64,000 nt of DNA, from assembly GCF_056746865.1 (NCBI RefSeq), contig NZ_CM163382.1, one strand, 5' to 3'. A program made the translations under genes and the position numbers. How positions within the stretch are numbered: position 1 is the stretch's first letter; the number at the start of each line of letters is the position of its first letter. The notes beneath the pieces were generated by a model. It did no database searches. It was given only the letters and a program-made list of their open reading frames with translations, and had not been told where the DNA came from. Shown here one piece after another: positions 10,859-23,921 of this stretch.

Positions 10859-12043
10859 ATGGAACAGACCTGGCGCTGGTACGGCCCAAACGATCCGGTT
10901 TCTTTAGCTGATGTCCGTCAGGCGGGCGCAACTGGCGTGGTTACCGCGCTGCACCATATCCCGAACGGCGAAGTATGGTCCGTTGAAGAGATCCTCAAAC
11001 GCAAGGCGATCATTGAAGACGCAGGCCTGGTGTGGTCTGTCGTAGAAAGCGTGCCAATTCACGAAGATATCAAAACCCACACTGGCAACTATGAGCAGTG
11101 GATCGCTAACTATCAGCAGACTCTGCGCAACCTGGCGCAGTGTGGCATTCGCACCGTGTGCTACAACTTCATGCCGGTGCTCGACTGGACCCGTACTGAC
11201 CTCGAATACGTGCTGCCAGACGGCTCCAAAGCTCTGCGCTTCGACCAGATCGAATTCGCTGCATTCGAAATGCATATCCTGAAACGCCCAGGCGCGGAAG
11301 CGGATTACACCGAAGAAGAAATTGCTCAGGCAGCTGAACGCTTCGCCACTATGAGCGATGAAGACAAAGCGCGTCTGACCCGTAACATCATTGCTGGTCT
11401 TCCGGGCGCGGAAGAAGGCTACACCCTCGACCAGTTCCGTAAACACCTGGAGCTGTACAAAGATATCGACAAAGCGAAGCTGCGCGAAAACTTTGCCGTC
11501 TTCCTGAAAGCGATTATTCCAGTTGCTGAAGAAGTCGGCGTGCGTATGGCTGTTCACCCGGACGATCCGCCGCGCCCGATCCTCGGCCTGCCGCGCATTG
11601 TTTCCACCATTGAAGATATGCAGTGGATGGTTGATACCGTAAACAGCATGGCAAACGGTTTTACCATGTGCACCGGTTCCTACGGCGTGCGTGCTGACAA
11701 CGATCTGGTTGATATGATCAAGCAGTTCGGTCCGCGTATTTACTTCACCCATCTGCGCTCCACCATGCGTGAAGATAACCCGAAAACCTTCCACGAAGCG
11801 GCGCACCTGAACGGTGACGTTGATATGTACGAAGTGGTGAAAGCGATTGTTGAAGAAGAACACCGTCGTAAAGCGGAAGGCAAAGAAGACCTGATCCCGA
11901 TGCGTCCGGACCACGGTCATCAGATGCTGGACGACCTGAAGAAGAAAACCAACCCAGGTTACTCCGCAATTGGTCGTCTGAAAGGCCTGGCCGAAGTTCG
12001 CGGTGTCGAACTGGCGATCCAGCGCGCTTTCTTTAGCCGTTAA
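10859..12043 (+). CDS. uxuA: D-mannonate dehydratase UxuA
   Basis: 394 aa from [35 protein letters not shown]; the track ORF has a 12-codon upstream extension. Confidence 0.92.
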   Translation: MEQTWRWYGPNDPVSLADVRQAGATGVVTALHHIPNGEVWSVEEILKRKAIIEDAGLVWSVVESVPIHEDIKTHTGNYEQWIANYQQTLRNLAQCGIRTVCYNFMPVLDWTRTDLEYVLPDGSKALRFDQIEFAAFEMHILKRPGAEADYTEEEIAQAAERFATMSDEDKARLTRNIIAGLPGAEEGYTLDQFRKHLELYKDIDKAKLRENFAVFLKAIIPVAEEVGVRMAVHPDDPPRPILGLPRIVSTIEDMQWMVDTVNSMANGFTMCTGSYGVRADNDLVDMIKQFGPRIYFTHLRSTMREDNPKTFHEAAHLNGDVDMYEVVKAIVEEEHRRKAEGKEDLIPMRPDHGHQMLDDLKKKTNPGYSAIGRLKGLAEVRGVELAIQRAFFSR

Positions 12044-12123
12044 TATCCACCGGCATGGCTGCGCGCCGTGCCGGTTCCTTCTTCCTTGCCGTCACTCTTT
12101 GAAGACGGATTCTGGAGTTTACG

Positions 12124-13584
12124 ATGACTACTATTGTTGACAGCAATCTGCCGGTTGCCCGCCCGTCATGGGATCATTCTCGTCTGGAATCACGCATTGT
12201 GCATCTCGGTTGCGGGGCGTTTCACCGCGCGCACCAGGCGCTGTATACCCATCATCTGCTGGAAAGCACCGACAGCGACTGGGGCATCTGCGAAGTTAAC
12301 CTGATGCCAGGCAACGACCGCGTGCTGATCGAAAACCTGAAAAAACAGCAACTGCTGTACACCGTAGCGGAAAAAGGCGCAGAGAGCACCGAGCTGAAAA
12401 TTATCGGTTCGATGAAAGAAGCGCTGCATCCGGAAATCGATGGCTGCGAAGGTATTCTCAACGCGATGGCGCGTCCGCAAACGGCGATTGTCTCTCTAAC
12501 GGTCACGGAAAAAGGCTACTGCGCTGATGCGGCAAGCGGTCAACTGGATCTCAATAACCCGCTGATCAAGCACGATCTGGAAAACCCGACTGCGCCGAAG
12601 TCCGCGATTGGTTACATCGTCGAAGCGTTGCGTCTGCGTCGTGAAAAAGGGTTGAAAGCGTTTACGGTGATGTCCTGCGATAACGTGCGTGAAAACGGTC
12701 ATGTGGCGAAGGTCGCGGTACTGGGGCTGGCTCAGGCGCGTGACCCGCAGCTGGCGGCATGGATTGAAGAAAATGTCACCTTCCCGTGCACCATGGTTGA
12801 CCGCATCGTTCCGGCGGCGACGCCAGAAACCTTACAGGAAATTGCTGACCAGCTGGGTGTTTACGACCCGTGCGCCATTGCCTGCGAACCGTTCCGTCAG
12901 TGGGTGATTGAAGATAACTTCGTTAATGGTCGCCCGGATTGGGATAAAGTGGGCGCACAGTTCGTTGCAGACGTTGTGCCGTTCGAAATGATGAAGCTGC
13001 GTATGCTGAACGGCAGCCACTCTTTTCTGGCGTACCTCGGTTACCTCGGCGGCTATGAAACCATTGCCGACACCGTGACTAACCCGGCTTATCGCAAAGC
13101 GGCCTTTGCCCTGATGATGCAGGAACAAGCGCCAACGCTGTCGATGCCGGAAGGTACAGACCTGAACGCCTATGCGACGCTGCTGATCGAGCGTTTCAGC
13201 AACCCGTCTCTGCGTCACCGTACCTGGCAGATTGCGATGGACGGCAGCCAGAAGTTACCGCAGCGTCTGCTGGACCCGGTGCGTCTGCACCTGCAAAACG
13301 GCGGCAGCTGGCGTCACCTGGCGCTGGGCGTGGCTGGCTGGATGCGTTACACCCAGGGCGTGGATGAGCAGGGTAATGCCATTGACGTGGTCGACCCGAT
13401 GCTGGCGGAGTTCCAGAAGATCAACGCGCAGTATCAGGGCGCAGACCGCGTGAAAGCGCTGCTGGGCCTGAGCGGTATTTTTGCCGATGATCTGCCGCAG
13501 AATGCCGACTTTGTTGGCGCAGTGACGGCGGCATATCAGCAGCTGTGCGAACGCGGTGCGCGCGAGTGTGTGGCTGCGCTGTAA
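12124..13584 (+). CDS. uxuB: D-mannonate oxidoreductase (fructuronate reductase) UxuB
   Basis: 486-aa mannitol-dehydrogenase-family protein immediately downstream of uxuA. Confidence 0.9.
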   Translation: MTTIVDSNLPVARPSWDHSRLESRIVHLGCGAFHRAHQALYTHHLLESTDSDWGICEVNLMPGNDRVLIENLKKQQLLYTVAEKGAESTELKIIGSMKEALHPEIDGCEGILNAMARPQTAIVSLTVTEKGYCADAASGQLDLNNPLIKHDLENPTAPKSAIGYIVEALRLRREKGLKAFTVMSCDNVRENGHVAKVAVLGLAQARDPQLAAWIEENVTFPCTMVDRIVPAATPETLQEIADQLGVYDPCAIACEPFRQWVIEDNFVNGRPDWDKVGAQFVADVVPFEMMKLRMLNGSHSFLAYLGYLGGYETIADTVTNPAYRKAAFALMMQEQAPTLSMPEGTDLNAYATLLIERFSNPSLRHRTWQIAMDGSQKLPQRLLDPVRLHLQNGGSWRHLALGVAGWMRYTQGVDEQGNAIDVVDPMLAEFQKINAQYQGADRVKALLGLSGIFADDLPQNADFVGAVTAAYQQLCERGARECVAAL

Positions 13585-13608
13585 CTAACTGATTACCCTA
13601 CAGACTTA

Positions 13609-13653
13609 CTGGTCAATCAAACTGATATTTGGTTGACCAGTTTTCGTTTTTTT
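13609..13653 (+). terminator. Rho-independent terminator of uxuAB
   Basis: CTGGTCAATCAAA / TTTGGTTGACCAG stem (13 bp, one mismatch) with a 6-nt loop, followed by TTTTCGTTTTTTTG. Confidence 0.6.
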
Positions 13654-13714
13654 GCCCACCTGTACGTGCCAACTTCCAGTGCTAATGGTATAGTTTGAGA
13701 TTAACGGGGGCCGT

Positions 13715-13775
13715 AAAATTGCCCGTTGTAGGCCGGATAAGGCGTTCACGCCGCATCCGGCAAAAATTTGATTAA
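13715..13775. repeat. REP element
   Basis: TGTAGGCCGGATAAGGCGTTCACGCCGCATCCGGCA canonical REP-type palindrome upstream of uxuR. Confidence 0.6.
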
Positions 13776-13798
13776 CCGCACCTAACGGACACAACACC

Positions 13799-14572
13799 AT
13801 GAAATCTGCCACCTCTGCGCAAAGACCTTACCAGGAAGTCGGGGCGATGATCCGCGATCTGATCATAAAGACGCCGTACAATCCTGGCGAACGGCTGCCG
13901 CCGGAGCGTGAAATTGCAGAAATGCTTGATGTCACGCGGACGGTGGTACGTGAAGCGCTGATCATGCTGGAGATCAAAGGGCTGGTGGAAGTACGCCGGG
14001 GTGCCGGTATCTATGTTCTTGATAACTCAGGCAGCCAGAACACAGACAGTCCGGATGCCAACGTCTGCAACGATGCCGGTCCTTTTGAGCTGTTACAGGC
14101 GCGGCAGTTATTGGAGAGCAACATCGCCGAGTTTGCCGCTTTGCAGGCTACCCGCGAAGATATCGTCAAAATGCGTCAGGCATTGCAACTGGAAGAGCGT
14201 GAACTGGCTTCCAGTGCGCCGGGCAGCAGCGAAAGCGGTGACATGCAGTTCCATCTCGCTATTGCCGAAGCAACGCATAACAGCATGCTGGTGGAGCTGT
14301 TCCGTCAGTCCTGGCAGTGGCGGGAAAACAATCCAATGTGGATCCAGTTGCACAGCCATCTGGATGACAGCCTGTATCGCAAAGAGTGGTTGGGCGATCA
14401 CAAACAGATCCTCGCCGCGTTAATCAAAAAAGATGCCCGAGCGGCGAAGCTGGCAATGTGGCAGCATCTGGAAAACGTTAAGCAACGTCTGCTGGAATTC
14501 TCGAACGTTGACGATATTTATTTTGATGGCTATCTGTTTGATTCATGGCCGCTGGATAAAGTCGACGCCTGA
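13799..14572 (+). CDS. uxuR: GntR/FadR-family transcriptional repressor UxuR
   Basis: 257 aa with N-terminal GntR-type winged HTH (...RLPPEREIAEMLDVTRTVVREALIMLEIKGLVEVRRGAGIYV) and FCD-type C-domain; follows uxuAB. Confidence 0.9.
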   Translation: MKSATSAQRPYQEVGAMIRDLIIKTPYNPGERLPPEREIAEMLDVTRTVVREALIMLEIKGLVEVRRGAGIYVLDNSGSQNTDSPDANVCNDAGPFELLQARQLLESNIAEFAALQATREDIVKMRQALQLEERELASSAPGSSESGDMQFHLAIAEATHNSMLVELFRQSWQWRENNPMWIQLHSHLDDSLYRKEWLGDHKQILAALIKKDARAAKLAMWQHLENVKQRLLEFSNVDDIYFDGYLFDSWPLDKVDA

Positions 14573-14585
14573 CTTATTATAATAA

Positions 14586-14616
14586 GCGCAAGGGTAAACG
14601 TTCCTTGCGCTTTCTT
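14586..14616 (+). terminator. Rho-independent terminator after uxuR
   Basis: GCGCAAGG-GTAAACGTT-CCTTGCGC hairpin followed by TTTCTT. Confidence 0.55.
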
Positions 14617-14712
14617 AAATTAAGAAGTCGCAATGAGTATTACTTTGTAAATTGCAGGGTATTGTTTAGCTATCTGTATAACCTGAATGTTAGTACTCAT
14701 TCTTCCTGGTAG

Positions 14713-15543
14713 TTATTTACCAATATAATTCCATTCACCATTTTTTAATTCAAACAGTTCTGGAAGAGATGACGGTTGCAGAGTCATACGTTTGAGTGGT
14801 GCATTTTCATCACCCGGGATAACTTTATATCCCATTTTTGCATGGATCTCCGCGGTACCGGGATAGGCTTCTATACCAATTATTGGGTCATTACCCAACT
14901 CAATATTAGCATTAAGTAATGCGGCAAGGGCGAATCCGGAAGAATTTGCTACCCCTGTTACCGTCATTATCTGATCAATATAGATATCAATCCTTGGCTG
15001 CTCATTGGTCCATCTTTTTGCCTGAGAAGCTGGAAGGGTTGAAATATATCCTATCGTGGTTCCGGCATAACCAGGAACATTGCAACCAGGGCCTAATGTT
15101 ATTTCATGAACTGTATAGTCCTCAACAGGATCGAAAGGGCTCTTCATAAATAAATTTAGCCGTAAACCTTCTGCTAACTCTGTGGTAGCATGCGCCTTTT
15201 TACATATGCCACCATATATTTCGTCTAAAGCTGAGGTGATTTTCAAGTTCCGATAGAGCATACGTCCTGTTGTTGTAATACCATCGGATTCTCTGCATGC
15301 TCCTGTCACATAATTAAATGGCCAAGGCTCTTTACTAATATCAAGTTTTCTAATTTCGACAACGCTTTTTCCATCGTAATTATGGTTATTGCCACGAGTA
15401 AGAGGCGGAAGATAGATGTTTTCCGAATCCATGCGTGCATATTTTAATTTACGTGTAAACTCACTGTCGACTATTGGGTGATGAAGGAAGTGAGCATCTG
15501 TAATAATTTGACTCTGAAGGGCATTGCTTAATGGCATAGACAT
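14713..15543 (-). CDS. yjiC: Uncharacterised protein YjiC
   Basis: 276-aa ORF with no recognisable motif; position and length match the yjiC I recall next to uxuR in E. coli. Confidence 0.7.
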   Translation of the reverse strand: MSMPLSNALQSQIITDAHFLHHPIVDSEFTRKLKYARMDSENIYLPPLTRGNNHNYDGKSVVEIRKLDISKEPWPFNYVTGACRESDGITTTGRMLYRNLKITSALDEIYGGICKKAHATTELAEGLRLNLFMKSPFDPVEDYTVHEITLGPGCNVPGYAGTTIGYISTLPASQAKRWTNEQPRIDIYIDQIMTVTGVANSSGFALAALLNANIELGNDPIIGIEAYPGTAEIHAKMGYKVIPGDENAPLKRMTLQPSSLPELFELKNGEWNYIGK

Positions 15544-16215
15544 AATAGTTACCTTTTATGAGTATTTCACTGATGTTTAGAAAAATAGATAAATTTTTCT
15601 GTAGTAAAAAGAGAAGTAAACAAATGACATGCATGTTTCTGTTGTAGTGATATCAACTCTACACGGTGATATTAAAGGGTAGGAAACACTCTAAAGTATC
15701 AAAAAACGCTCATTTAAAATTATTTGCATGCAATTTAAAAGCATATCTTATTACTAATTGGAATTTGATGTTGCTATATTGAGGTCTATATTAATAATGC
15801 CTGTGAATGGTATTTTTGATGTATTTGATATGTTATCAATTTATATTATTTACAAACTAATTGTTTCAAATAATACATGGCTGATTATGCGGAAATAAAT
15901 AATTTCCCACCGGAATTAAGTAGCAGCGGTGACAAGTATTTTCATCTACGTAACTATTCGGAATATTCAGAATATACTAGCGGTTTTTTTTTGAGTTTGA
16001 TGATTTTTATCAAATCATGACTTTTTTCCTGAAAAGTCAGTAGATATTCATAGGCAAGTAAGGTTTTATACTTTGCTGACAGGATTCAGGCCTGTCTCAG
16101 ACTGACATGGATGTAATGAACAAAAGGGAATGGCTATGGAAAATGAGCATCAATACAGTGGTGCCCGGTGTTCAGGGCAAGCCGCATATGTTGCTAAACG
16201 TCAGGAGTGCGCAAA

Positions 16216-16608
16216 ATGATGCGACAATCACTTCAGGCTGTTTTACCTGAAATTTCAGGCAATAAAACGTCATCGCTGCGTAAATCGGTATGCAGCGATC
16301 TCCTCACTCTTTTTAATTCTCCTCATTCGGCATTACCGTCATTACTTGTTTCAGGCATGCCCGAGTGGCAAGTGCATAACCCGAGCGACAAACATCTCCA
16401 GAGCTGGTATTGCCGTCAGCTGCGTTCTGCACTGTTATTTCATGAGCCACGGATTGCGGCGTTGCAGGTTAATTTGAAAGAAGCGTACTGCCACACTCTG
16501 GCGATCAGCCTTGAGATAATGCTGTACCACGACGATGAACCGCTAACGTTTGATCTGGTCTGGGATAATGGCGGTTGGCGCAGTGCGACGCTGGAGAATG
16601 TCAGCTAA
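16216..16608 (+). CDS. iraD: Anti-adaptor protein IraD (inhibitor of RssB-mediated RpoS degradation)
   Basis: 130 aa from [21 protein letters not shown]...; the track ORF starts 3 codons upstream at 16207. Confidence 0.8.
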   Translation: MMRQSLQAVLPEISGNKTSSLRKSVCSDLLTLFNSPHSALPSLLVSGMPEWQVHNPSDKHLQSWYCRQLRSALLFHEPRIAALQVNLKEAYCHTLAISLEIMLYHDDEPLTFDLVWDNGGWRSATLENVS

Positions 16609-17512
16609 GCACAATCTCCAGCTCGCGCAGTTCACGCCAGAAGCGTTCGGCAACGGGATTCATGCGGGTATTCATCCGGTATGCATAGGCCTGAATCGGG
16701 ATCACCAGTTCGTCCCGATTCAGTACAACGAGCTTCCCGCTGCGAATTTCTTGTTGGATGGCGTACTCCGGCAGCCAGGCAATCCCACAGCCGTCGAGGG
16801 CAACCTGCTTTAAAAGCTCGCTCATCGAAGAGACAAAAAAGGTGCTGAAACTTAACTCACTGTGGCGCGTCAGGGTGCGATTAATCAATCGCCCCATGTA
16901 GGAGTTGCGGCTGTAATTCAGTAACGGAAAGTGTGGCTGCGCGAGGTTAAAAAGTGCTTCTCCGTGTTCGTCACTGGCGCAGACAGGGAACAATTGAGAT
17001 TCAAATAAGCGAATGTGGTCAAACGGCGCTTCCAGCAAATCTTCGTCGTGAAAGGAAAAAATACAGTCACTTTGCCCTTCACGCAGTTTATCGACCGCTT
17101 CATCGACATCAATAGCTTCAATTGCCCAGGTAAAGAGCGGCGGCATCTGGCTGATAATGGACGGTAACAGCCCGAGGGAAAGAGAGTGTGCAGCGGCTAT
17201 CTTGATTTTTCGTTGCGCGTAATCGCTGCCGCCACGCAGCTCTGCCAGATTGCTCTCTAACTGTTGCAACAGATGGCGGATCTGCGAATGGAAGATTTTC
17301 CCTTGTTCTGAGAGTTGCAGCGGCGTTACCTGGCGGTTAAACAATTCAACACCAATCGCCTGTTCCAGCGCACGGATGCGGCGGCTGAATGCCGGTTGCG
17401 AGACGTTGCGACTGACTGCCGCCTGGGAAAAATTGCGGCATTTTTCCAGGGTCAGAAAATCATAAAGCCATTTGGTTTCAATATTATGCAAAATCGCACC
17501 ACAGTCATCCAT
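16601..17512 (-). CDS. hypT: LysR-family transcriptional regulator HypT (YjiE)
   Basis: 303 aa with N-terminal LysR HTH ([35 protein letters not shown]); 3' end overlaps iraD convergently by 8 nt. Confidence 0.85.
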   Translation of the reverse strand: MDDCGAILHNIETKWLYDFLTLEKCRNFSQAAVSRNVSQPAFSRRIRALEQAIGVELFNRQVTPLQLSEQGKIFHSQIRHLLQQLESNLAELRGGSDYAQRKIKIAAAHSLSLGLLPSIISQMPPLFTWAIEAIDVDEAVDKLREGQSDCIFSFHDEDLLEAPFDHIRLFESQLFPVCASDEHGEALFNLAQPHFPLLNYSRNSYMGRLINRTLTRHSELSFSTFFVSSMSELLKQVALDGCGIAWLPEYAIQQEIRSGKLVVLNRDELVIPIQAYAYRMNTRMNPVAERFWRELRELEIVLS

Positions 17513-17576
17513 TACGTTTTACTCTGTCAGCCGCCCTTGCGGGCATTCTACGTCCATTCGGGCGGCTGACAACCGT

Positions 17577-18749
17577 TTAAGCCGTTTCAAACGTTCCTTT
17601 CACGCAGGCTTTGCCGTCTTTGACCATCAGTTTGCCGCGAGCGTATACCTGCTCAATGCGCAGTTCTGGCGTCATGACCAGCAAGTCAGCATCATTGCCT
17701 GGCAGAATTTCGCCTTTCCCGGTCAGGTTAAGGAAACCGGCTACGCTACTGGTGAGCGGGCGCAGGGCATCGCTGATACTGAAATCATAGTCTTTGACCA
17801 GCACCTGCACGGTTTCCAGCAACGTTTCAAAACCGGCAACACCGATATGGGTTAAATTCCCTTCGTCATCGAAGAACGGCTGGCTACCGTTGCCGTCGGA
17901 GCTGAGGGTGACGCGTGCCAGCGGAATACCCGCCTGAACGGCGCGGGCAATACCTTCGGCAGGGGCGACCGGTTCGTCAATGCTGCTGGTGATATCGATG
18001 GTGCCGCCTTTGCGCGCGAACTCCAGCGCCTGCTCAAACAACGGTACGTTGCGGTTAACGTGGGTCGGCAGCAGCTTGCTGATCGGCACATCGCAGTTTT
18101 CCAGCAGGTCATAAATAGGCTGTAACGCCTTTTTACTGTCGCCCATGTGGAACACGGTGACGCCAGGTTTACCGCCGAGCAAACCGCCAACGCGGGATTC
18201 TGCCGCCATATTGGCCAGGTGATAAACGTCCGGTGCGGCAGAACGGTGATCAGAGATGGCGCATTTCACGCCAATCACACGATCGATAATCGCCACGTCT
18301 TTTTCCACGGAACCCGTAATGGTGCGGGAAGGGACATGATAAGCGCCGGTCAGCATCCAGGCGCTGATGCCTTCTTCATTGAGCGCACGGGTCTTGGCGA
18401 GCAGGGATTCCGGGTGGCGAGAGATAGAGTCGGTGCCCAGCAGACCAACCACTGACGTGACGCCCGCTTCCGTCAGGCGACTTAGCGCCACTTCCGGCGT
18501 GCGCGTCGTGGGACCTGCTTCGCCGCCACCGCCAATCAAATGGACGTGTTGATCAATAAAACCTGGGCAGAGGATCTGCCCACTGAGATCGACAACCGTG
18601 CAGTTCGGTACAATGTCAGAAGGGATATTGCTGGCAACGGCGATAATTTTGCCGTTAGCGACGAGGACATCGCAAATTCCCCGATCTTCCGGCGCATACA
18701 AATGCGCTCCCTGCAGCAGGGTAAAACCGGCTGCGGTATAATCAATCAT
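17577..18749 (-). CDS. iadA: Isoaspartyl dipeptidase IadA (amidohydrolase superfamily)
   Basis: 390-aa protein with metal-dependent hydrolase HxH signature (FIDQHVHLIGGGGE). Confidence 0.88.
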   Translation of the reverse strand: MIDYTAAGFTLLQGAHLYAPEDRGICDVLVANGKIIAVASNIPSDIVPNCTVVDLSGQILCPGFIDQHVHLIGGGGEAGPTTRTPEVALSRLTEAGVTSVVGLLGTDSISRHPESLLAKTRALNEEGISAWMLTGAYHVPSRTITGSVEKDVAIIDRVIGVKCAISDHRSAAPDVYHLANMAAESRVGGLLGGKPGVTVFHMGDSKKALQPIYDLLENCDVPISKLLPTHVNRNVPLFEQALEFARKGGTIDITSSIDEPVAPAEGIARAVQAGIPLARVTLSSDGNGSQPFFDDEGNLTHIGVAGFETLLETVQVLVKDYDFSISDALRPLTSSVAGFLNLTGKGEILPGNDADLLVMTPELRIEQVYARGKLMVKDGKACVKGTFETA

Positions 18750-18761
18750 GGTAACTCCTTG

Positions 18762-19223
18762 TTAAACAATAAGCTGCATAACCCAGATCGACAGCAATGC
18801 GTTAATCACGCAGACCGTAATGATATGCGGGTAATATTTGGCATTCACTTCGGCTGTCCCCAGGCAGCGACCGACATTTTGCACCGGGTTGCCCATTAAA
18901 TACATCGCGGGCAGTAAAACGGTGACATCGTGACCGGTTAATGCGCCAGCGGTTGCCAGACTGGCGGCAACACCGACTGCGCCACCCATACTCATTAATG
19001 CGGCTAAAAGGACGGTTGCCGCTTCACCGGGTAATCCCCACAGCGCCATTACGGGTTCACAGATATGCCCCACCCAGTCGAGCAGGCCGGTAATTTTCAG
19101 CGCCTGAATGATGACAAACGCCATCACCACGTTTGGCAGCAGGTTGGTCGTGGCGATAGTAAAGCCACGGCGCGCGCCATCGATAAACATATCCATGACG
19201 TTTTTGCGGACCTGAGTTGTCAT
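18762..19223 (-). CDS. yjiG: Inner-membrane protein YjiG (nucleoside-transporter-like half domain)
   Basis: 153-aa hydrophobic protein in an operon-like arrangement with yjiH and iadA. Confidence 0.75.
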   Translation of the reverse strand: MTTQVRKNVMDMFIDGARRGFTIATTNLLPNVVMAFVIIQALKITGLLDWVGHICEPVMALWGLPGEAATVLLAALMSMGGAVGVAASLATAGALTGHDVTVLLPAMYLMGNPVQNVGRCLGTAEVNAKYYPHIITVCVINALLSIWVMQLIV

Positions 19224-19903
19224 GCTTGCGCTCCTTGCGTTGGGTTGCGACGTTCTTCGAAGTTAAGCCAGACGCGCAAAATGTTGGCTCCGACAAATTT
19301 AAACACCAGGATGACGGCTAAAGGTACGATTACGGACGTGCCCAGAAAGGCAAACACCGCGACGCCGGAAGAGAAGTAGTTGGTGATGATGGCGCTACCG
19401 CTGGTTTGATATGCGGCGAAAATCACTTTATCGCGTTCGGTAATTTCACCTTCCTGCGCCAGCTCTTTGGTCATACCGGCGGCGGCATCGGTGTTTTGCA
19501 GGTTAGCGATCAGCGCCAGCGAGCAGATCCCTGGAATGCCCAACAACGGTTTTAGCACAGGTGTCATTAACTGCTGTGCGGCGCGTAATCCACCAAGACC
19601 ATCGGTAATTGAAATAATCCCCAGAGAGAGAATGACTGACGGTGCCAGCTCCAGCGCAAAGAGAAAGCCATCTTTAGCCCCCGCGCCACCCGCGCCGCGA
19701 AATGAGGTGGTGGCTCCGTTCGCACCAGGCAGTTGCCCAAACGATCCGTTCAGAACGGAAAAATCAAAAACGCGCCACCAGCTGTCTGTTCCGGAAAAAA
19801 CACCGGAAAAAAAGATTATGGTGAGAAAAAAGGCCAGATACCCTTTAATGCCCACTTTTTCTGTCGCCAGCTCCCCGGCTACAGCATCCCCTTGTTGTGT
19901 CAT
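19220..19903 (-). CDS. yjiH: Inner-membrane protein YjiH
   Basis: About 227-aa membrane protein; its start region overlaps the yjiG... correction: its stop overlaps the yjiG start by 4 nt (translational coupling). Start chosen at the MTQQGD Met; the track start 19915 is also possible. Confidence 0.7.
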   Translation of the reverse strand: MTQQGDAVAGELATEKVGIKGYLAFFLTIIFFSGVFSGTDSWWRVFDFSVLNGSFGQLPGANGATTSFRGAGGAGAKDGFLFALELAPSVILSLGIISITDGLGGLRAAQQLMTPVLKPLLGIPGICSLALIANLQNTDAAAGMTKELAQEGEITERDKVIFAAYQTSGSAIITNYFSSGVAVFAFLGTSVIVPLAVILVFKFVGANILRVWLNFEERRNPTQGAQA

Positions 19904-20152
19904 AACAATCCCCATTGTTTTTTTGTGTTTGTGTGTTGCTTGAGCCAGGAAAATTCCTGGAACTGAAAAACCTTATCAGCCATGTGGGTATGGGGAAAAT
20001 GCAAGTATGTTTCTGGCTATGCGTTTTTTGCATAGCGGAAAAATTACGCTGTGTGGAAAAGGCTCTGCGCAGGATTGAGTTGCAGAAAATTCATAAACCA
20101 AGTGACAATGACATCAGTAAATAAAAACAGAAAATCCAGGGACGAAAACGAG

Positions 20153-20707
20153 ATGGCAAAGTACAACGAAAAAGAGCTGGCGGATACGAGCAAGTTTTTA
20201 AGTTTTGTCCTCCGACACAAACCGGAGGCGATTGGTATCGTACTGGACCGTGAAGGATGGGCGGATATCGATAAGCTCATACTTTGTGCCCAAAAAGCGG
20301 GCAAGCGGTTAACCCGTGCATTGCTGGATACTGTGGTTGCCACCAGCGATAAAAAGCGTTTTAGTTATTCCAGTGATGGTAGGTGCATCCGCGCGGTTCA
20401 GGGGCATTCGACTTCGCAGGTCGCTATTTCCTTTGCCGAAAAAACACCGCCACAGTTTCTCTACCACGGTACGGCAAGCCGTTTCCTTGACGAGATAAAA
20501 AAACAGGGGCTGATTGCAGGTGAGCGTCACTACGTACATCTCTCTGCTGATGAAGCAACGGCACGCAAAGTGGGAGCAAGACACGGATCGCCGGTTATTT
20601 TAACCGTCAAAGCACAGGAAATGGCGAAACGAGGCCTCCCTTTCTGGCAAGCGGAAAACGGGGTCTGGCTGACATCAACGGTTGCGGTTGAGTTTCTTGA
20701 GTGGTAA
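20153..20707 (+). CDS. kptA: RNA 2'-phosphotransferase KptA (Tpt1 family)
   Basis: 184 aa from [39 protein letters not shown] (Tpt1/KptA signature); the track ORF is extended upstream. Confidence 0.88.
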   Translation: MAKYNEKELADTSKFLSFVLRHKPEAIGIVLDREGWADIDKLILCAQKAGKRLTRALLDTVVATSDKKRFSYSSDGRCIRAVQGHSTSQVAISFAEKTPPQFLYHGTASRFLDEIKKQGLIAGERHYVHLSADEATARKVGARHGSPVILTVKAQEMAKRGLPFWQAENGVWLTSTVAVEFLEW

Positions 20708-20719
20708 GGGAAACTTCCC

Positions 20720-21898
20720 TCATGAAGTGACCACTTGTAGCTTAAATAATTGCACTGTGCTGATAAGCGCAGCAATAAACAACGCCGCCGCGCCGCAGAG
20801 AGTGGCGCTGGCAAGCGCCGATGTTCCATTGCTGAGCATACTGGTCAGCGCCGGGCCGAGGATTTGCCCAATGCCGTAAATGAGCGTCACAAAGCCTAAA
20901 AGATTGAGATTTCCCGGTACGCTCAGTTGGCGGGCGATAGTCATCACCAGAGATGTCGTGCCCATAAAGGTACCGCCAAAACCAAGACTGCTGATGATAA
21001 GCAAGAGAGGCGAGTCGCTGGCGAGAGTAAGCAGCACACAGATAGCCTGCACCAGCAAATTCGCCGTCAGGCAGGGCAAAGCCCCCCAACGTTTTGCTGC
21101 CCATAGCCAGCCAAAGCAACCAGGCACAATTGATAAGCCGACTAACGTCCAGAGATGGGCGGTTAACAATGGTGAGCCTGCATCTTTCGCCATGAGCGGC
21201 AGGTAAGTCGCGACGATGATATAACCAAATCCCGCCAGGCCGTACAGAATAGCCAGTAACCACCAGCTCATTATCTGTTGCTCCGTTTTTGCCAATGGCA
21301 TTGTTGTGATGGCGTGTTTTTTCGAGGGCATTAAAAGCGTAAGTGCAATCAGCATCATGCCAGAAAGCGCCCCGGCGCCTTGCCATAACGTTTGCGAGGA
21401 GAGGTCAAAATGCAGGCCTGCCAGAACATATTCATTGCCCAGTGCGATGCCAATGCCAACGCCAGAAAACAAAGCTGCCAGCACAAAAGGATGGCGCGTG
21501 TGCTGCATAATCAGCGTCGAACCAAAAATCAGCATACCGGCGCTGGCGACACCCGCCAGGACGCGAATCAATAACACCAGAATAAATGGCGGCAACCATG
21601 CCATTGCGAGGATCAACAACCCGCTCGCCAGGGCAGAAGCCAACAGAAATGGGCGCAGGCGCGATGGCTGGTGAAATGCGCCAAAAGAAAATAGCAGACT
21701 GCCAGCCAGATACCCCGCATAGTTGCCGCTGGCAATCCACGAGAGCTGGCTAAATGAAAACGATCCTTCCGCCATCATGACGGGCAACATAGGCGTATAA
21801 AGGAAGCGGCCTAAACCCATACCTAAGGTCAGAACCAGCATCCCGAAAAGCGCGGTGCTGAAAGAAAAGCGTTCTACGGGATGCGTGGACGAAGGCAT
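20720..21898 (-). CDS. yjiJ: MFS-family transporter YjiJ
   Basis: 392-aa protein with about 12 predicted hydrophobic segments. Confidence 0.78.
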   Translation of the reverse strand: MPSSTHPVERFSFSTALFGMLVLTLGMGLGRFLYTPMLPVMMAEGSFSFSQLSWIASGNYAGYLAGSLLFSFGAFHQPSRLRPFLLASALASGLLILAMAWLPPFILVLLIRVLAGVASAGMLIFGSTLIMQHTRHPFVLAALFSGVGIGIALGNEYVLAGLHFDLSSQTLWQGAGALSGMMLIALTLLMPSKKHAITTMPLAKTEQQIMSWWLLAILYGLAGFGYIIVATYLPLMAKDAGSPLLTAHLWTLVGLSIVPGCFGWLWAAKRWGALPCLTANLLVQAICVLLTLASDSPLLLIISSLGFGGTFMGTTSLVMTIARQLSVPGNLNLLGFVTLIYGIGQILGPALTSMLSNGTSALASATLCGAAALFIAALISTVQLFKLQVVTS

Positions 21899-21965
21899 GT
21901 TTAACCTTGTTTGTCATTTTTGTTGTTAACAAGTTAATAACAAAAAGGTGAAGCATGCCAGCCTG

Positions 21966-22961
<996 letters not shown>

Positions 22962-23144
22962 TCAGCCCAGGGATCACCCATTGTATTTCCTCGCCGGGGG
23001 GACAGGTCAGCCAAATGCATAACCCGCAGCCGCCGCGTAAATCACGGGGAATATCGCTGACGCGAAAAGTCATGCCCGCTGCCTGCAACGCTTTGCGGGT
23101 TTGTATGACGCCGACCGTGGAGTGAAATAAAAATAAAAACTCTT

Positions 23145-23918
<774 letters not shown>

Positions 23919-23921
23919 TCC

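Noticed and set aside
10904-11920. 338-aa ORF on the minus strand
   Set aside because: Lies entirely antisense within uxuA, whose identity is secure; typical shadow ORF in GC-rich coding sequence.
20742-21386. 214-aa minus-strand ORF
   Set aside because: Alternative frame inside yjiJ; the 392-aa frame has the coherent hydrophobic membrane-protein profile.
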